Shown: positions 36,735-46,770, counted from the stretch's first letter. The stretch is 64,000 nucleotides of DNA from Nitrososphaerota archaeon (GCA_041641305.1 JBEPYN010000002.1:608001-672000); one strand, 5' to 3'. A program made the numbers and translations. Notes: generated by a model not told the origin, from the sequence alone.

Positions 36735-37721
36735 TCAAATTGTTTCGACGTGTTTCCCGTGCCCGAGTGCGGTGATGTATCTGCGTGGGTTTATCGGGGA
36801 ACGGTTTTTGGCCGACTCGAGCACGCATTCGGCGAGAAGTGTGGCGTTGAAGCCGTCGTGAGCGGTTACGGCTGGTGCGCTGTGGTCTTTCACAGATTCG
36901 ATGAAGTGCTTCAGCTCGTTGCGCAACGGCTCCGAGGTCTTCATGTGGGGGATGATTGTCTGCTCAGCCTTCTCCACAACAACTTCTTGTTCGATAAACT
37001 TCACGGAGATCACGCCGTTTTCTCCAGTTATGTGCATCTCGCGTTTCTTCCTCGGTGTAAGCCAGTTTGCTTCAAGCAAGGCGCTGCGCCCCTCTCCATA
37101 GGAGAGAAAGATTTGGGCATGGTCTTCGTAACTGTGTCGCAGCCGTCCACACATACCGTAAACCTCATCGGGAAGTGTTCGGAAAATCCATGTAACAAGG
37201 TCGAGGTCATGTATGGCCGTGTCCTTGACCACACCCGTGTCACCAATTCTCTCCGGCCACCAGCCAATTCTTCTACCGTAGAAAAGCAGCACGTCACCGA
37301 CCTCTTTCTCCTCAATCAAGCGCCGCGCAAACTGGACAGCGGGGTTAAACCTCTCGATGAAACCGACCATCACAACTCTGCCACTCTCCCGATTTTTCTC
37401 CAAAATTTTCACCGCCTCATCCACAGTTGAGGCCATAGGTTTCTCGATTAGCAGGTCGCAGCCGTGGTCGAGGAGTTTCAGGGCGAGCTCTGCATGTGTT
37501 GTCGAGGGTGTGCATATTGTGACTGCATCGGGATGCGTTTCCTTCAGCATGGTGTCCACGTCGCTGTATGTGTTTCCGACCCCGAACCGTGCAGCAGCTT
37601 TTCTCGCTCTTTCTATGTCTACGTCGCATACAGCAACCACCTCAGCTTCCCCGAGCTCCTTCAACACCCTGATATGGTTAACACCCCAGAACCCTGCGCC
37701 GACAACAGCCACGTCAACCAT
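36735..37721 (-). CDS. Gfo/Idh/MocA oxidoreductase (UDP-GlcNAc(A) 3-dehydrogenase, WbpB/GnnA-like)
   Basis: VVGAGFWG, EKP, VGFIERFNPAV, DTGVVKDTAIHDLD, NWLTP.K.R. Confidence 0.88.
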   Translation of the reverse strand: MVDVAVVGAGFWGVNHIRVLKELGEAEVVAVCDVDIERARKAAARFGVGNTYSDVDTMLKETHPDAVTICTPSTTHAELALKLLDHGCDLLIEKPMASTVDEAVKILEKNRESGRVVMVGFIERFNPAVQFARRLIEEKEVGDVLLFYGRRIGWWPERIGDTGVVKDTAIHDLDLVTWIFRTLPDEVYGMCGRLRHSYEDHAQIFLSYGEGRSALLEANWLTPRKKREMHITGENGVISVKFIEQEVVVEKAEQTIIPHMKTSEPLRNELKHFIESVKDHSAPAVTAHDGFNATLLAECVLESAKNRSPINPRRYITALGHGKHVETI

Positions 37722-37727
37722 GCATCC

Positions 37728-38774
37728 TCACACCACAGGCACAAACCAGACATGTGAAAAACGTTTAGACAACTCTCGCAACACGTCTATCCGCAGCCCA
37801 GCCACAAGAACGCCGTCAAACCCCGTGAAAGAACCCAGCCTCTCAAGCAGCACATCCTCACCATCCAAAACAGAAACCCTCACACGCCTACCCTTCAAAG
37901 CATTCACAAACCTCTGACCAGCAGTCTCCGAAAACGCCACAACAAGAAGCCTAAACTCTCTTCTATACTTTCTCGAAACCTCCCTCACCTGCGCCAGCAC
38001 AGAGGCCTCAGCTCTATAAACCGTTTTACGCATCCTTGTGTAGAGGTTGTTGAGAAGAGGCGTGTTTCTATGCATCTTTAAAGCCTTCACGGCGTCGAGA
38101 TGCTCCTGATAGAGAATAACATCGCGTGGAAAACAATTCATAACAATTTCGTTATGACCGTAGAGGATGGCCATTTCCGCCAGGGACCAAGCCTCAACCG
38201 CCTCCGACAAAACCTTCGACAGAGAAGCCATCTCAGCCAGCTCAGGAGACTTGAAAAATTTGGCACCCAGCTTCTCGAGAACGGGGCTAGGTTTCTCGGA
38301 TGAACACCATGCGGGCAAAAGATTTCTTGTTGTCGAGACTGCTCCGATGTAGCTTGCCTCTGAGGGGTCTGCTTTGGAGCTTCGTGTGAAAAGGTTGAGG
38401 AGGTGTCTGCATTCGCCGGGCTTGGTCAACCCCGCGATGGTTAACCGCTGTGCTTCGAGGAGTTTTTCCCCAACTGTTTTGACGAGGTTTTCAGCAGAGT
38501 GTAGGGTGTCGCGGCCTTCTTTAATTGTGTTGACTGTTATCCAGACTTCTTGGTAGCTGTTTTCGGGTTGGCGTGTGATTAGGAGCTTGTTTTCGGCGCA
38601 TAGCTTGATGAATTCTTGCTTGGATATTCCACGATGTAGGCTGGGGTCATATTCTGCTGCTTTTTTCTCGACGTAGGGGTCAGGTGTGTAGAAGATAGTC
38701 TGAAACCCATGTTTCGCCAGCTTAGCAGCCGCAGGTATGCCTGTCTCATCCATCGACGCCAGCAGAACCTTCAT
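37728..38774 (-). CDS. Highly divergent UDP-glucose/GDP-mannose dehydrogenase-like protein
   Basis: MKVLLASMDETGIPAAAKLAKHGF and SPELAEMASL echo the family N-terminus and central helix; GxGxxG, catalytic Lys and GGxC are not recognisable. Confidence 0.5.
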   Translation of the reverse strand: MKVLLASMDETGIPAAAKLAKHGFQTIFYTPDPYVEKKAAEYDPSLHRGISKQEFIKLCAENKLLITRQPENSYQEVWITVNTIKEGRDTLHSAENLVKTVGEKLLEAQRLTIAGLTKPGECRHLLNLFTRSSKADPSEASYIGAVSTTRNLLPAWCSSEKPSPVLEKLGAKFFKSPELAEMASLSKVLSEAVEAWSLAEMAILYGHNEIVMNCFPRDVILYQEHLDAVKALKMHRNTPLLNNLYTRMRKTVYRAEASVLAQVREVSRKYRREFRLLVVAFSETAGQRFVNALKGRRVRVSVLDGEDVLLERLGSFTGFDGVLVAGLRIDVLRELSKRFSHVWFVPVV

Positions 38775-39021
38775 CCACCTTCTCACCCAGCAGCACACGG
38801 TAGAGCCAAAAAACGGTCAGCCTATGCCATCCAACAACCCACACAATAAAAACCGCAACCCCAACAACCGTCCTCGCAGCAGATACGAGGACAGATGTGG
38901 AGGAGCCGTCAAGCACCGCGAAAACTATGTAGGCTATGGATGAAGACGCAACCAAGAAAAGCAGCCACACCACCGTAACAAGAACCAACATCTTCGGTAG
39001 AGCCCTGCTCACGACACCCAC
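38746..39021 (-). CDS. Small membrane protein (2 TM)
   Basis: Two hydrophobic helices; overlaps both neighbours in an operon-like arrangement. Confidence 0.7.
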   Translation of the reverse strand: MGVVSRALPKMLVLVTVVWLLFLVASSSIAYIVFAVLDGSSTSVLVSAARTVVGVAVFIVWVVGWHRLTVFWLYRVLLGEKVDEGSAGVDG

Positions 39022-39995
39022 CTCCTAATAAACAGGAAATATGTCAAGAGTGAAAGAGCAGCCGAGTATAGGCAGATGAGAAAAAGCCTCCTGACTACCG
39101 CCGGCTCCGTGAGCTTCTCTCCAGCTGTTAGGAGGCGTACAAGAGTTATGGGGGCTTTTCTGTCCACGTTGGCGGTTATGGTGCCGGAGTTTATTATAGT
39201 TGGCCGTGTGGGAGCCTTTTTTCCGCTTCGTAGGCCGCCGAGCGAGTAGATGATGTGAAACTCGTTCATGATGTGTGGAAGAAGGGCTACGATGGCGGCG
39301 ACCTCCATCCGCCCAACTATGGCGACATAGGCTATCACCGAGCCCACAGAGAGGCTGCCTACGTTTCCAGCAAAGACTTTCGCCGGATAAATATTCTTGG
39401 ATAAGAACACGAGCAGCACAGCGGCCGTGATTATGCATAGTGTGAAGATTTCGGATTTTCCTTCGAGGAATGCGATGACTGTTAGTGGCAGTATGGCTGT
39501 GAGGCTTGTGACCGCCATGGAGCCGTTCAAGACGTCGAGGCTGTTGACGGCGTTGCAGACAACCGAGAAACCCAAGAGCACCAGCAGAGGATAAAGTATC
39601 GTCAACCTTGTTGATCCAACGAAAGGTAGAACAGGGTCTGGTGAATAGACACCGGCCAAAACCACGGGAACACCGGCCAGCAGCAGAAGAACAGGCTTCA
39701 GCACGGGGTTAATCTCTCTAAAATCCTCCCACAGGCCCAGCGACGCGGCGACAGCCAGCGACGCAACGAAAGGGAGGATGACAAAAGAGGATGTAGAGGC
39801 TGCGTACACCGCCGCCCCCGTCGCCAGACCAACAGCTATGGCCAATCCACCGAGCTTAGGCACGGGATAGGGATTGGGCTTGTGAACATCCAGACCAACG
39901 GCGCCGCTCCGCCTCGACAGCCACATGCTCACGGGAAGCATCAAAAACGCCATCGCCGCAGCGGCCGCAGCGGCAACGAAACCCGTCTGAAACAT
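39009..39995 (-). CDS. aglH: UDP-GlcNAc:dolichyl-phosphate GlcNAc-1-phosphate transferase (MraY/GPT family, AglH-like)
   Basis: GLDVHKP..VPKLGG, LGLWEDF, NAVNSLDVLNG, PAKVFAGNVG; polytopic. Start trimmed to ATG 39995. Confidence 0.85.
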   Translation of the reverse strand: MFQTGFVAAAAAAAMAFLMLPVSMWLSRRSGAVGLDVHKPNPYPVPKLGGLAIAVGLATGAAVYAASTSSFVILPFVASLAVAASLGLWEDFREINPVLKPVLLLLAGVPVVLAGVYSPDPVLPFVGSTRLTILYPLLVLLGFSVVCNAVNSLDVLNGSMAVTSLTAILPLTVIAFLEGKSEIFTLCIITAAVLLVFLSKNIYPAKVFAGNVGSLSVGSVIAYVAIVGRMEVAAIVALLPHIMNEFHIIYSLGGLRSGKKAPTRPTIINSGTITANVDRKAPITLVRLLTAGEKLTEPAVVRRLFLICLYSAALSLLTYFLFIRRWVS

Positions 39996-40093
39996 AGCTA
40001 AATGCCCGCTGTATCTGAAGGTATTAGTCTTTCCTTTTTCCAGAGAATTATATACCGGATGAGCATGGTTGTTCAACGAGGTGGAAGACCTGT

Positions 40094-41161
40094 TTGGCAA
40101 CTGTTTGGCTGGACATTCTAACGCCTAAGCAGTTCTGGTTTTTTAGAAAGGTTGGGGAGCTTTTCGCCGCGAGAGGGCACAAGGTTATCGCGACGTCACG
40201 CAACTATGAGCAGCTGAGGCCTTTTCTTGAAAACCCCGGGTTCGAGGTCTTCCACGTGGTCGGAGAGTTTGGTGGCGCGGGGCTGCGGGGCAAGCTGGTG
40301 AAGAGTGTTGAGAGGATGCGCGGGCTGCTGGATGTGCTGGAGGATTTTGACTGCGCCGTCTCAAGCGGCTCACCCGAGGCCGCACGCATAGCCTACGGCC
40401 TATCACAGCCCCATGTCCTTGCATCAGACACACCCGAGTCACCTGTCAACCGCCTCGCTGCACCGGTCTCCAAAAAAATCGCGACACCATGGATAGTGGG
40501 GAAACATCCTTGGAAAACCTACGGTGTTAGAGACGGCGACATCAACACATACAGGGCCCTCGACCCAGTCGCCTGGATAAGAGATCACAAGCCGAGCAAG
40601 CAGACGCTCGACGAGCTGGGCCTCATCTCCATGGAATATGTGTTGGTGCGGACGCCGGAGTACAAGTCCTCCTACCTCATCAGGTCCGGTTACCAGCTTG
40701 AGGTGTTCGCGGCTGTTGTTAAACGGGTTGCCGAGAAGCTTAAGCCACGCACCCTCGTGCTGCTTCCACGCTACGTCGATGAAACACTTTATCTCAAGAA
40801 CAGGGTTGGTGACATGGCTTTGGTGGTCGAAAAACCTGTGACAGACCTAACCCTCCTAAGCAGCAGCCTCCTCTTCATCGGAGGCGGCGGAACCATGACA
40901 CAGGAAGCCGCTCTACTAGGCGTTCCATGCCTATCAATCTACCCAGCCACACCACCGAAGGTGATACGATATCTTGTGTCAAAAGGTTTGGTGGAGAGAG
41001 TAAGGGATGTCGAGCATCTTCCGGCGAAGCTTGAGCGTATGATGAGGAACATCGAGAAATTGAGAGAGGTGTCGGAGAAGAGGGCTGGAAAACTTTTGCG
41101 GGGGATGGAGGACCCGGCGCAGAAAGTTGTCTCCACGGTTGAGGCGGCTATGTCCTCATGA
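40094..41161 (+). CDS. DUF354 family GT-B fold protein
   Basis: VWLDILTPKQ, SSGSPEAARIAYGL, FIGGGGTMTQEAALLGVP. Confidence 0.85.
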   Translation: MATVWLDILTPKQFWFFRKVGELFAARGHKVIATSRNYEQLRPFLENPGFEVFHVVGEFGGAGLRGKLVKSVERMRGLLDVLEDFDCAVSSGSPEAARIAYGLSQPHVLASDTPESPVNRLAAPVSKKIATPWIVGKHPWKTYGVRDGDINTYRALDPVAWIRDHKPSKQTLDELGLISMEYVLVRTPEYKSSYLIRSGYQLEVFAAVVKRVAEKLKPRTLVLLPRYVDETLYLKNRVGDMALVVEKPVTDLTLLSSSLLFIGGGGTMTQEAALLGVPCLSIYPATPPKVIRYLVSKGLVERVRDVEHLPAKLERMMRNIEKLREVSEKRAGKLLRGMEDPAQKVVSTVEAAMSS

Positions 41162-42686
41162 GCCTGTCAAAAACCTCGATTACTCTACCAGCCGCTCTCC
41201 TAACCTGTCTCAGATACTCGTCGTAAATCTTCTGGTAGACGGTTCTCGTTATTCTGCCTGCTTTATAGTCCTCGGCTGAGCGGCCTAGGGCTGATATGAT
41301 TGACAAAAGTTCTTCAACCGTTTTCTCTATCTGTGGATATGTTTGAGCCATCTCGGATAGTTTCTTAAGCTCGAGAAGCTCTGTGCGGAGAGACTTGACC
41401 GCTTCATCGCTGACCTTGGTTGTCTTAAGCGGCTTGTCCCCGGGCTTGAGCGTCTCCAGCTCCTTTAGCAGCTTGTCCAAAGCGTTTTCAAGAGATGTCT
41501 GAGCCTTCTTCAGCTGCGGAGACACCGTCCTCCTCGGAGCCGCCGTAGTTTTTACCGCGAGGAAACCGGCCACAACAATTATCGCGGCCAGCAAAACCGC
41601 TGGAACCGGCAGAGTCGAAGCCGGCGAATAAGTGATGGAGACTGTATCACTCCCTGTCAGATACTTGTTCTGATACATGAACGTGATTTCTCTTCTGTTG
41701 TTGTCGAGGACTTTGAGGCTCCAAGGCTCTGTCTCGGCGGATACCTGTGATGCTGGTGGCGTTTTTAGTGTTACGTAGAGGGTTGTGAAGGATGCGTTAA
41801 CGATGTTTGGGAACTTGACCTTCACCCTGTCCCCAGCACGTTCCACAACATCTTTAGCAACATATGTTATGTCTATCCGTGTTCGCTCGTTTCTACCTAT
41901 GCTGTAGAGGAATGTGATGTCGAGGGTGCCTGTCTCAGGTGACCAGCTTGTGCCGAGACTGAAGATGCCTGACTTGGCTGATACAGGTGTCGCGTCTCTT
42001 CCAAGCCGCAGGGATATGGAGTTCATAGACGTGTCCCCGAGGTTTCGCACATACATGGAGATGGAGACGGTGTTTTGCTCGAGGTCGTAAAGGAAAGTGG
42101 CATCCTCCACCGTGTAGCGGAGAAGGTCAGGTGCGTCGAAGGAGATTGAAAGCGTCTTAAACTGTTTAAGCGGTATGTCTTTCACGACACCTTCCGCAGA
42201 TGTTTTGTCGCCGGAGATGCTCAGCTCCGCTCCAGAGACAGAGTTTATCGACGGTGTTCCATCCGCGGAGAAGGTTACAGATATTTCCCTTAAGTCTGTG
42301 TCTCTGATCGGGTTGCTGGGCAGTACGAGCAGATACTTTCCTTGACTAATTTCCACGAGCATGTCCCGCCAGACGGTCACAACCGAAACAGTTCTCCCGC
42401 TCCATCCATTTTCGGGAGAAACCTCCAACCACAAAACATCATCCACTCTCTCGACAAACCTGCCCCGCTCATTTAGCAGATAATATCCTGCGAGGTTTTT
42501 CGCCGAGTCAAGCGGATACCCGAGCTTAACCGTCTCAGTCGCCGAGTTCACAGGCACCGTGTCCACCACGAAGACCAGACCACCGTCGGCAACATGTATC
42601 CGCCTCGAGAAACTATCCTGAGCCGAGACAGATGCAGCGGACAAAACCGTCGCCAGAATCAGCAGAAAAACCGCGTATCTCTTCAC
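41148..42686 (-). CDS. Type I membrane protein (signal peptide, beta-rich ectodomain, one TM, helical cytoplasmic tail); ribophorin-I-like architecture
   Basis: MKRYAVFLLILATVLSAASVSA signal peptide; TM LPVPAVLLAAIIVVAGFLAV; about 130-aa amphipathic C-terminus. Confidence 0.7.
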   Translation of the reverse strand: MKRYAVFLLILATVLSAASVSAQDSFSRRIHVADGGLVFVVDTVPVNSATETVKLGYPLDSAKNLAGYYLLNERGRFVERVDDVLWLEVSPENGWSGRTVSVVTVWRDMLVEISQGKYLLVLPSNPIRDTDLREISVTFSADGTPSINSVSGAELSISGDKTSAEGVVKDIPLKQFKTLSISFDAPDLLRYTVEDATFLYDLEQNTVSISMYVRNLGDTSMNSISLRLGRDATPVSAKSGIFSLGTSWSPETGTLDITFLYSIGRNERTRIDITYVAKDVVERAGDRVKVKFPNIVNASFTTLYVTLKTPPASQVSAETEPWSLKVLDNNRREITFMYQNKYLTGSDTVSITYSPASTLPVPAVLLAAIIVVAGFLAVKTTAAPRRTVSPQLKKAQTSLENALDKLLKELETLKPGDKPLKTTKVSDEAVKSLRTELLELKKLSEMAQTYPQIEKTVEELLSIISALGRSAEDYKAGRITRTVYQKIYDEYLRQVRRAAGRVIEVFDRLMRT

Positions 42687-42735
42687 GACGCCTCAACCAC
42701 CCACCTAACACTCAGCATTTAAATCAATCTTTAAC

Positions 42736-42840
42736 CGGGCCCGGTGGGACTTGAACCCTGTCGGCGGGGCACTTCCGTGCCGCTGCTCACGACCTACGGC
42801 TTAGGAGGCCGCCGCGCTATCCATTCTGCGCCACGGGCCC
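42736..42840 (-). tRNA. tRNA-Arg(CCT) with a 30-nt non-canonical intron (42758-42787) in the T stem, position 51/52
   Basis: GGGCCCG acceptor, GCGGC-CTCCTAA-GCCGT anticodon arm; T stem GTG|intron|GG-TTCAAGT-CCCAC; BHB helix GTCG/CGAC. Confidence 0.93.
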
Positions 42841-42929
42841 GGCGGTGAAAAGTGTTTTGATTGATTTTAACCTATTGATGGTGGGGCGGCATAATGGATT
42901 AAAGGACGGAGCTGTGCTTGGTGTGTGGA

Positions 42930-43415
42930 ATGTCTGAGGAGGGGTCTGGTTCTCTGGAGGAGTTGAGGGCGCAGAATAGGGAGTTGGTGGAGCGGCTTTC
43001 GTATGCGATGGCCGAGGTGGAGAACATGAGGCGTGTGATGGAGAAGGAGGTTAGGCGGGCTGAGCAGGCGGCTGCCGAAAGGCTTCTGAGGAAACTGATA
43101 ACCGTGTATGAGGACTTGGAGAGGGTGGTCAAAGGCCTCGAAACATCGGCTGCTCCTCCAGCTCTGGCACAGGCTGTCGAGATGGTGTACCGCGAGCTCC
43201 AAAACATCCTCGCATCGGAGGGTGTGGAGAAGATGGATGTCGTCGGCAAAGAGTTCAACCCCTTCGACCACGAGGCCGTCGAATACATCGACTCGGACAA
43301 CGTCACCGTCGACACCGTGGCCGAGGCCCTGTCCAACGGCTACCGCATGGGAGACAAAATTCTAAAACCACCTAAAGTCAAGGTCGCGAGGCCCAAGAAG
43401 CAAAGCGGCGATTAG
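42930..43415 (+). CDS. grpE: Nucleotide exchange factor GrpE
   Basis: AEVENMRR, FNPFDHEAV, GYRMGDKILKPPKVKV. Confidence 0.95.
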   Translation: MSEEGSGSLEELRAQNRELVERLSYAMAEVENMRRVMEKEVRRAEQAAAERLLRKLITVYEDLERVVKGLETSAAPPALAQAVEMVYRELQNILASEGVEKMDVVGKEFNPFDHEAVEYIDSDNVTVDTVAEALSNGYRMGDKILKPPKVKVARPKKQSGD

Positions 43416-43512
43416 ACAGGTTTAGTGCATTTTTCGGGGTTTGTATACCGCATTAGCTTTTAATCCAAGCCCGACAACCCATCCGTCGGAGCTATAGGAA
43501 GGTGACTGATGT

Positions 43513-45288
43513 ATGGCTGAGAAAATTATCGGCATAGACTTGGGTACAAGCAACTCGGCTGCCGCGGTGGTAATAGGCGGGAGGCCAACAATCATTCCCT
43601 CCGTCGAAGGTGTAACACTCTATGGTAAAGCATTCCCATCATATGTCGCCATAACCAAGGAGGGTGACCTGCTTGTCGGCGAGCCCGCGAGGAGGCAGGC
43701 GGTTCTCAACCCAGAGGGGACGGTGACGGCGTGGAAAAGAAAAATGGGCACCGATTATCGTTACAACCTGCATGGCAAAGAGTTTACTCCTCAGCAGCTT
43801 TCGGCGTTTCTTCTCCAGAAGATTAAGAGGGATGCCGAGGCTTTTCTCGGCGAGCCTGTGAAAAAAGCCGTCATCACGGTTCCCGCCTACTTCAACGACA
43901 ACCAGAGACAGGCGACGAAGGATGCCGGCGTGATAGCTGGTCTGGAGGTTGTTAGAATAATCAACGAGCCGACCGCCGCTGCTTTGGCCTACGGGCTTAA
44001 CAAGCTGGACCAGGAGATGAAGATACTCGTCTTCGACCTCGGCGGCGGAACTCTTGACGTAACCATCATGGAGTTTGGGCAGGGCGTTTTCGAGGTGTTG
44101 GCAACATCAGGGGATACACAGCTGGGTGGAACAGACATGGACAAGGCCCTCGTCGACTACATCGTGGACACCTACCGCCGAGAAACAGGCATCGACCTCT
44201 CAAACGACAGGTCAGCCATGAACAGGATACGTGAAGCCGCTGAAAGAGCCAAGATAGAGCTCTCCTCGATGACCGAGACAGAGATAAACCTCCCCTACAT
44301 CGCCTACGACTCCAGCGGGCCCAAAAACCTCTACATGCGAATAAACCGCGCAACACTCGAGCAGCTCGTAAGACCTATTGTAGAGAGATGCCGTGGCCCA
44401 ATCATGCAGGCTCTCCAAGACGCCAAGCTCAAGCCCGAGGAAATAGACAAGATAATTCTCGTCGGAGGCCCTACACGGATGCCCATCATCCAGCAGTTCA
44501 TCAAAGATGTGCTGGGCAAGGAGCCTGAACGCGGCGTCGACCCGATGGAGTGCGTTGCGATGGGTGCGGCGATTCAGGCGGCGATAATATCTGGTGAGAT
44601 GAAGGACAAGGACATAGTTTTATTGGATGTTGTCCCGATTTCGCTCGGCGTTGAGACGCTCGGCGGAATATTCACCAAAATCATAGAACGGAACACAACC
44701 ATTCCTGTGCGGAGAAGCGAGATATTCACGACAGCCGCAGACTTTCAGACAAGCGTGGAGATACATGTGCTGCAGGGGGAGAGGCCCATGGCCGCTGACA
44801 ACGTCTCCCTCGGGAGGTTCACGTTATCAGGCATACCGCCGGCGCCGAGAGGCGTGCCCAAGATTGAGGTGACTTTCGACATCAACGCCGACGGGATACT
44901 CACGGTCACCGCCAAGGACCTCGGCACAGGGAAAGACGTCAGCGTCAAGATAACCGCTCCGCATAGGCTGTCTAAGGAGGAGGTTGAGAAAATGATACGT
45001 GAGGCTGAGCAGTTCGCGGAGCAGGATAGGAGGAAGAAGCAGGAGGCGGAGCTGCGGAACGAGGCCGACGGCCTCATCTACACCGTGGAAAAAGCGTTGA
45101 AAGAGTTCGGCGACAAGGTATCCCCCGAGGCCAAGAAAGAGGTTGAAGACGACCTCGCCAAGCTCAAGGAAACACTCAAGGGCAAAGACATACAGGCAAT
45201 CAAAACAGCTCTCGAGAAGCTCAGAACCTCTGCACAGAAAATAGGCACAGCCATCTACGGACAGGGTGAAGGCGAGAAGAAGAGCTAA
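43513..45288 (+). CDS. dnaK: Chaperone DnaK (Hsp70)
   Basis: [49 protein letters not shown]. Confidence 0.98.
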   Translation: MAEKIIGIDLGTSNSAAAVVIGGRPTIIPSVEGVTLYGKAFPSYVAITKEGDLLVGEPARRQAVLNPEGTVTAWKRKMGTDYRYNLHGKEFTPQQLSAFLLQKIKRDAEAFLGEPVKKAVITVPAYFNDNQRQATKDAGVIAGLEVVRIINEPTAAALAYGLNKLDQEMKILVFDLGGGTLDVTIMEFGQGVFEVLATSGDTQLGGTDMDKALVDYIVDTYRRETGIDLSNDRSAMNRIREAAERAKIELSSMTETEINLPYIAYDSSGPKNLYMRINRATLEQLVRPIVERCRGPIMQALQDAKLKPEEIDKIILVGGPTRMPIIQQFIKDVLGKEPERGVDPMECVAMGAAIQAAIISGEMKDKDIVLLDVVPISLGVETLGGIFTKIIERNTTIPVRRSEIFTTAADFQTSVEIHVLQGERPMAADNVSLGRFTLSGIPPAPRGVPKIEVTFDINADGILTVTAKDLGTGKDVSVKITAPHRLSKEEVEKMIREAEQFAEQDRRKKQEAELRNEADGLIYTVEKALKEFGDKVSPEAKKEVEDDLAKLKETLKGKDIQAIKTALEKLRTSAQKIGTAIYGQGEGEKKS

Positions 45289-45290
45289 TC

Positions 45291-46403
45291 ATGCCCACAA
45301 ACGACAAAGACTACTACGAGATACTTGGCGTTCCACGCAACGCGACCAAGGAGGAGATTAAACGAGCCTACCGTAGGCTCGCCCTCCAATATCATCCCGA
45401 CAGAAACAAGTCACCCGACGCCGAGGAGAAGTTTAAGGAGATAAGCGAAGCCTACGCAGTCCTGATGGACGACGAGAAAAGGAGACTATACGACATGTAC
45501 GGCAAAGCCGGTGTATCGCAGACCTACAGCACCGAGGACATCTTCCGTTCGAGGTGGTTTGACTTTGAAGAGCTTTTCCGCGACCTCGGGTTCGGCGGGT
45601 TTGAAACGCTTTTCGAAAGGCTTTTCGGGTTTGGGAGAAGACGGAGAAGTCCTCAGCCAACGGTCGTCGACGTGGATGTGTCTCTTGAAGAAGTCTACAG
45701 GGGTGGTGTTAGAGAGGTTCCTCTCGAGGTTTATGACACGTGCCAGCGATGCGGTGGAGTGGGAGGGGAGTTGGGCTATGTTGACAAATGTGATGAATGC
45801 GGTGGAACGGGCCAGTCTGTCAAACGTGTTCAAACAGGTTTTCTCTACTTCACATCCGTCCAGCCATGCGGTAAATGCAGGGGGACGGGGAGTGTTGTTA
45901 GGAAAAGCTGTTCGGCCTGCCGTGGAAGGGGTGTTGTCTCGAGGACTGAGAAGGTGGTTGTCAACATTCCGCCGGGTGTGGTCGACGGCGAAACGATTGT
46001 GATGCGTGGACGCGGGCTGTATGACATGGATGCAGGCGCCCGCGGAGACCTCGTCGTCAGGGTGCGTGTAAAGCCTGGACGCTGGTTCAGGTTCGAGGAC
46101 AACAGGCTGGTTATGTTTCTGCCCGTGGCGCCGAGCGAGGTCGCTTCACAACGTGAGGTAACCATCCCGTTTTTCGACGGCGACATCAAGGTCAGGCTGA
46201 GGCGGGAGCTTTTGGACAAGCCTCTTCTGCTACGGGGTAGGGGGCCGCCCGTCGCAGGCGGGAGGAAAAGCGACCTCGAGGTCAGGCTTGTCCTGAAAAT
46301 GCCTGACCAGCTCAGCGGCGAAGCCCTCAAACACTACGCCGAGATTTTGCGCCACGAGTCCGAGCGTATGGACGAGGAGCGGAGACGCTTCTTCTCTCAA
46401 TAA
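45291..46403 (+). CDS. dnaJ: Chaperone DnaJ
   Basis: J domain with HPD; four CxxCxGxG repeats. Confidence 0.96.
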   Translation: MPTNDKDYYEILGVPRNATKEEIKRAYRRLALQYHPDRNKSPDAEEKFKEISEAYAVLMDDEKRRLYDMYGKAGVSQTYSTEDIFRSRWFDFEELFRDLGFGGFETLFERLFGFGRRRRSPQPTVVDVDVSLEEVYRGGVREVPLEVYDTCQRCGGVGGELGYVDKCDECGGTGQSVKRVQTGFLYFTSVQPCGKCRGTGSVVRKSCSACRGRGVVSRTEKVVVNIPPGVVDGETIVMRGRGLYDMDAGARGDLVVRVRVKPGRWFRFEDNRLVMFLPVAPSEVASQREVTIPFFDGDIKVRLRRELLDKPLLLRGRGPPVAGGRKSDLEVRLVLKMPDQLSGEALKHYAEILRHESERMDEERRRFFSQ

Positions 46404-46770
46404 TCTTTGAAACATACATGAGGGGATAGCCCAGCGAAGCCACGTACCTTACCTGAGCCACGGCCGTTGCCGAGCCGTAGCTAACCACAACGGATGCTGA
46501 GATGTCTCTCGGCCCGATAGACCCGTATCCATAGGGCCCGTGTCTCCTCTTTTTTGCGCTCAGCCTTAGTTTGACGCTTTTTCTGAAGGGCTGGAGGCTG
46601 AAGCTTTTCTCAAAGGCTGTTTCGAGGCTATGTTTTGTCTCGGTCGTTACAGGGAGGCCGACAAGGCTGTGGAAGAGGGCGCCCAACGCGATGCCCGCCT
46701 CGAAAACCGCCCTCTCGCGGTCGCTGAACTGTTTCGGGAAAAACCTTCTCCCAGGATCAAGCTCAGTCAT
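46327..46770 (-). CDS. mptD: Archaeal dihydroneopterin aldolase (MptD family)
   Basis: [33 protein letters not shown]. Confidence 0.85.
   Translation of the reverse strand: MTELDPGRRFFPKQFSDRERAVFEAGIALGALFHSLVGLPVTTETKHSLETAFEKSFSLQPFRKSVKLRLSAKKRRHGPYGYGSIGPRDISASVVVSYGSATAVAQVRYVASLGYPLMYVSKIIERRSVSAPRPYARTRGAKSRRSV

Noticed and set aside
36658-36861. 67-aa ORF
   Set aside because: Overlaps tRNA-Pro and the end of the Gfo/Idh/MocA gene.
43416-43512. CIRCE element upstream of dnaK
   Set aside because: No TTAGCACTC-N9-GAGTGCTAA match.
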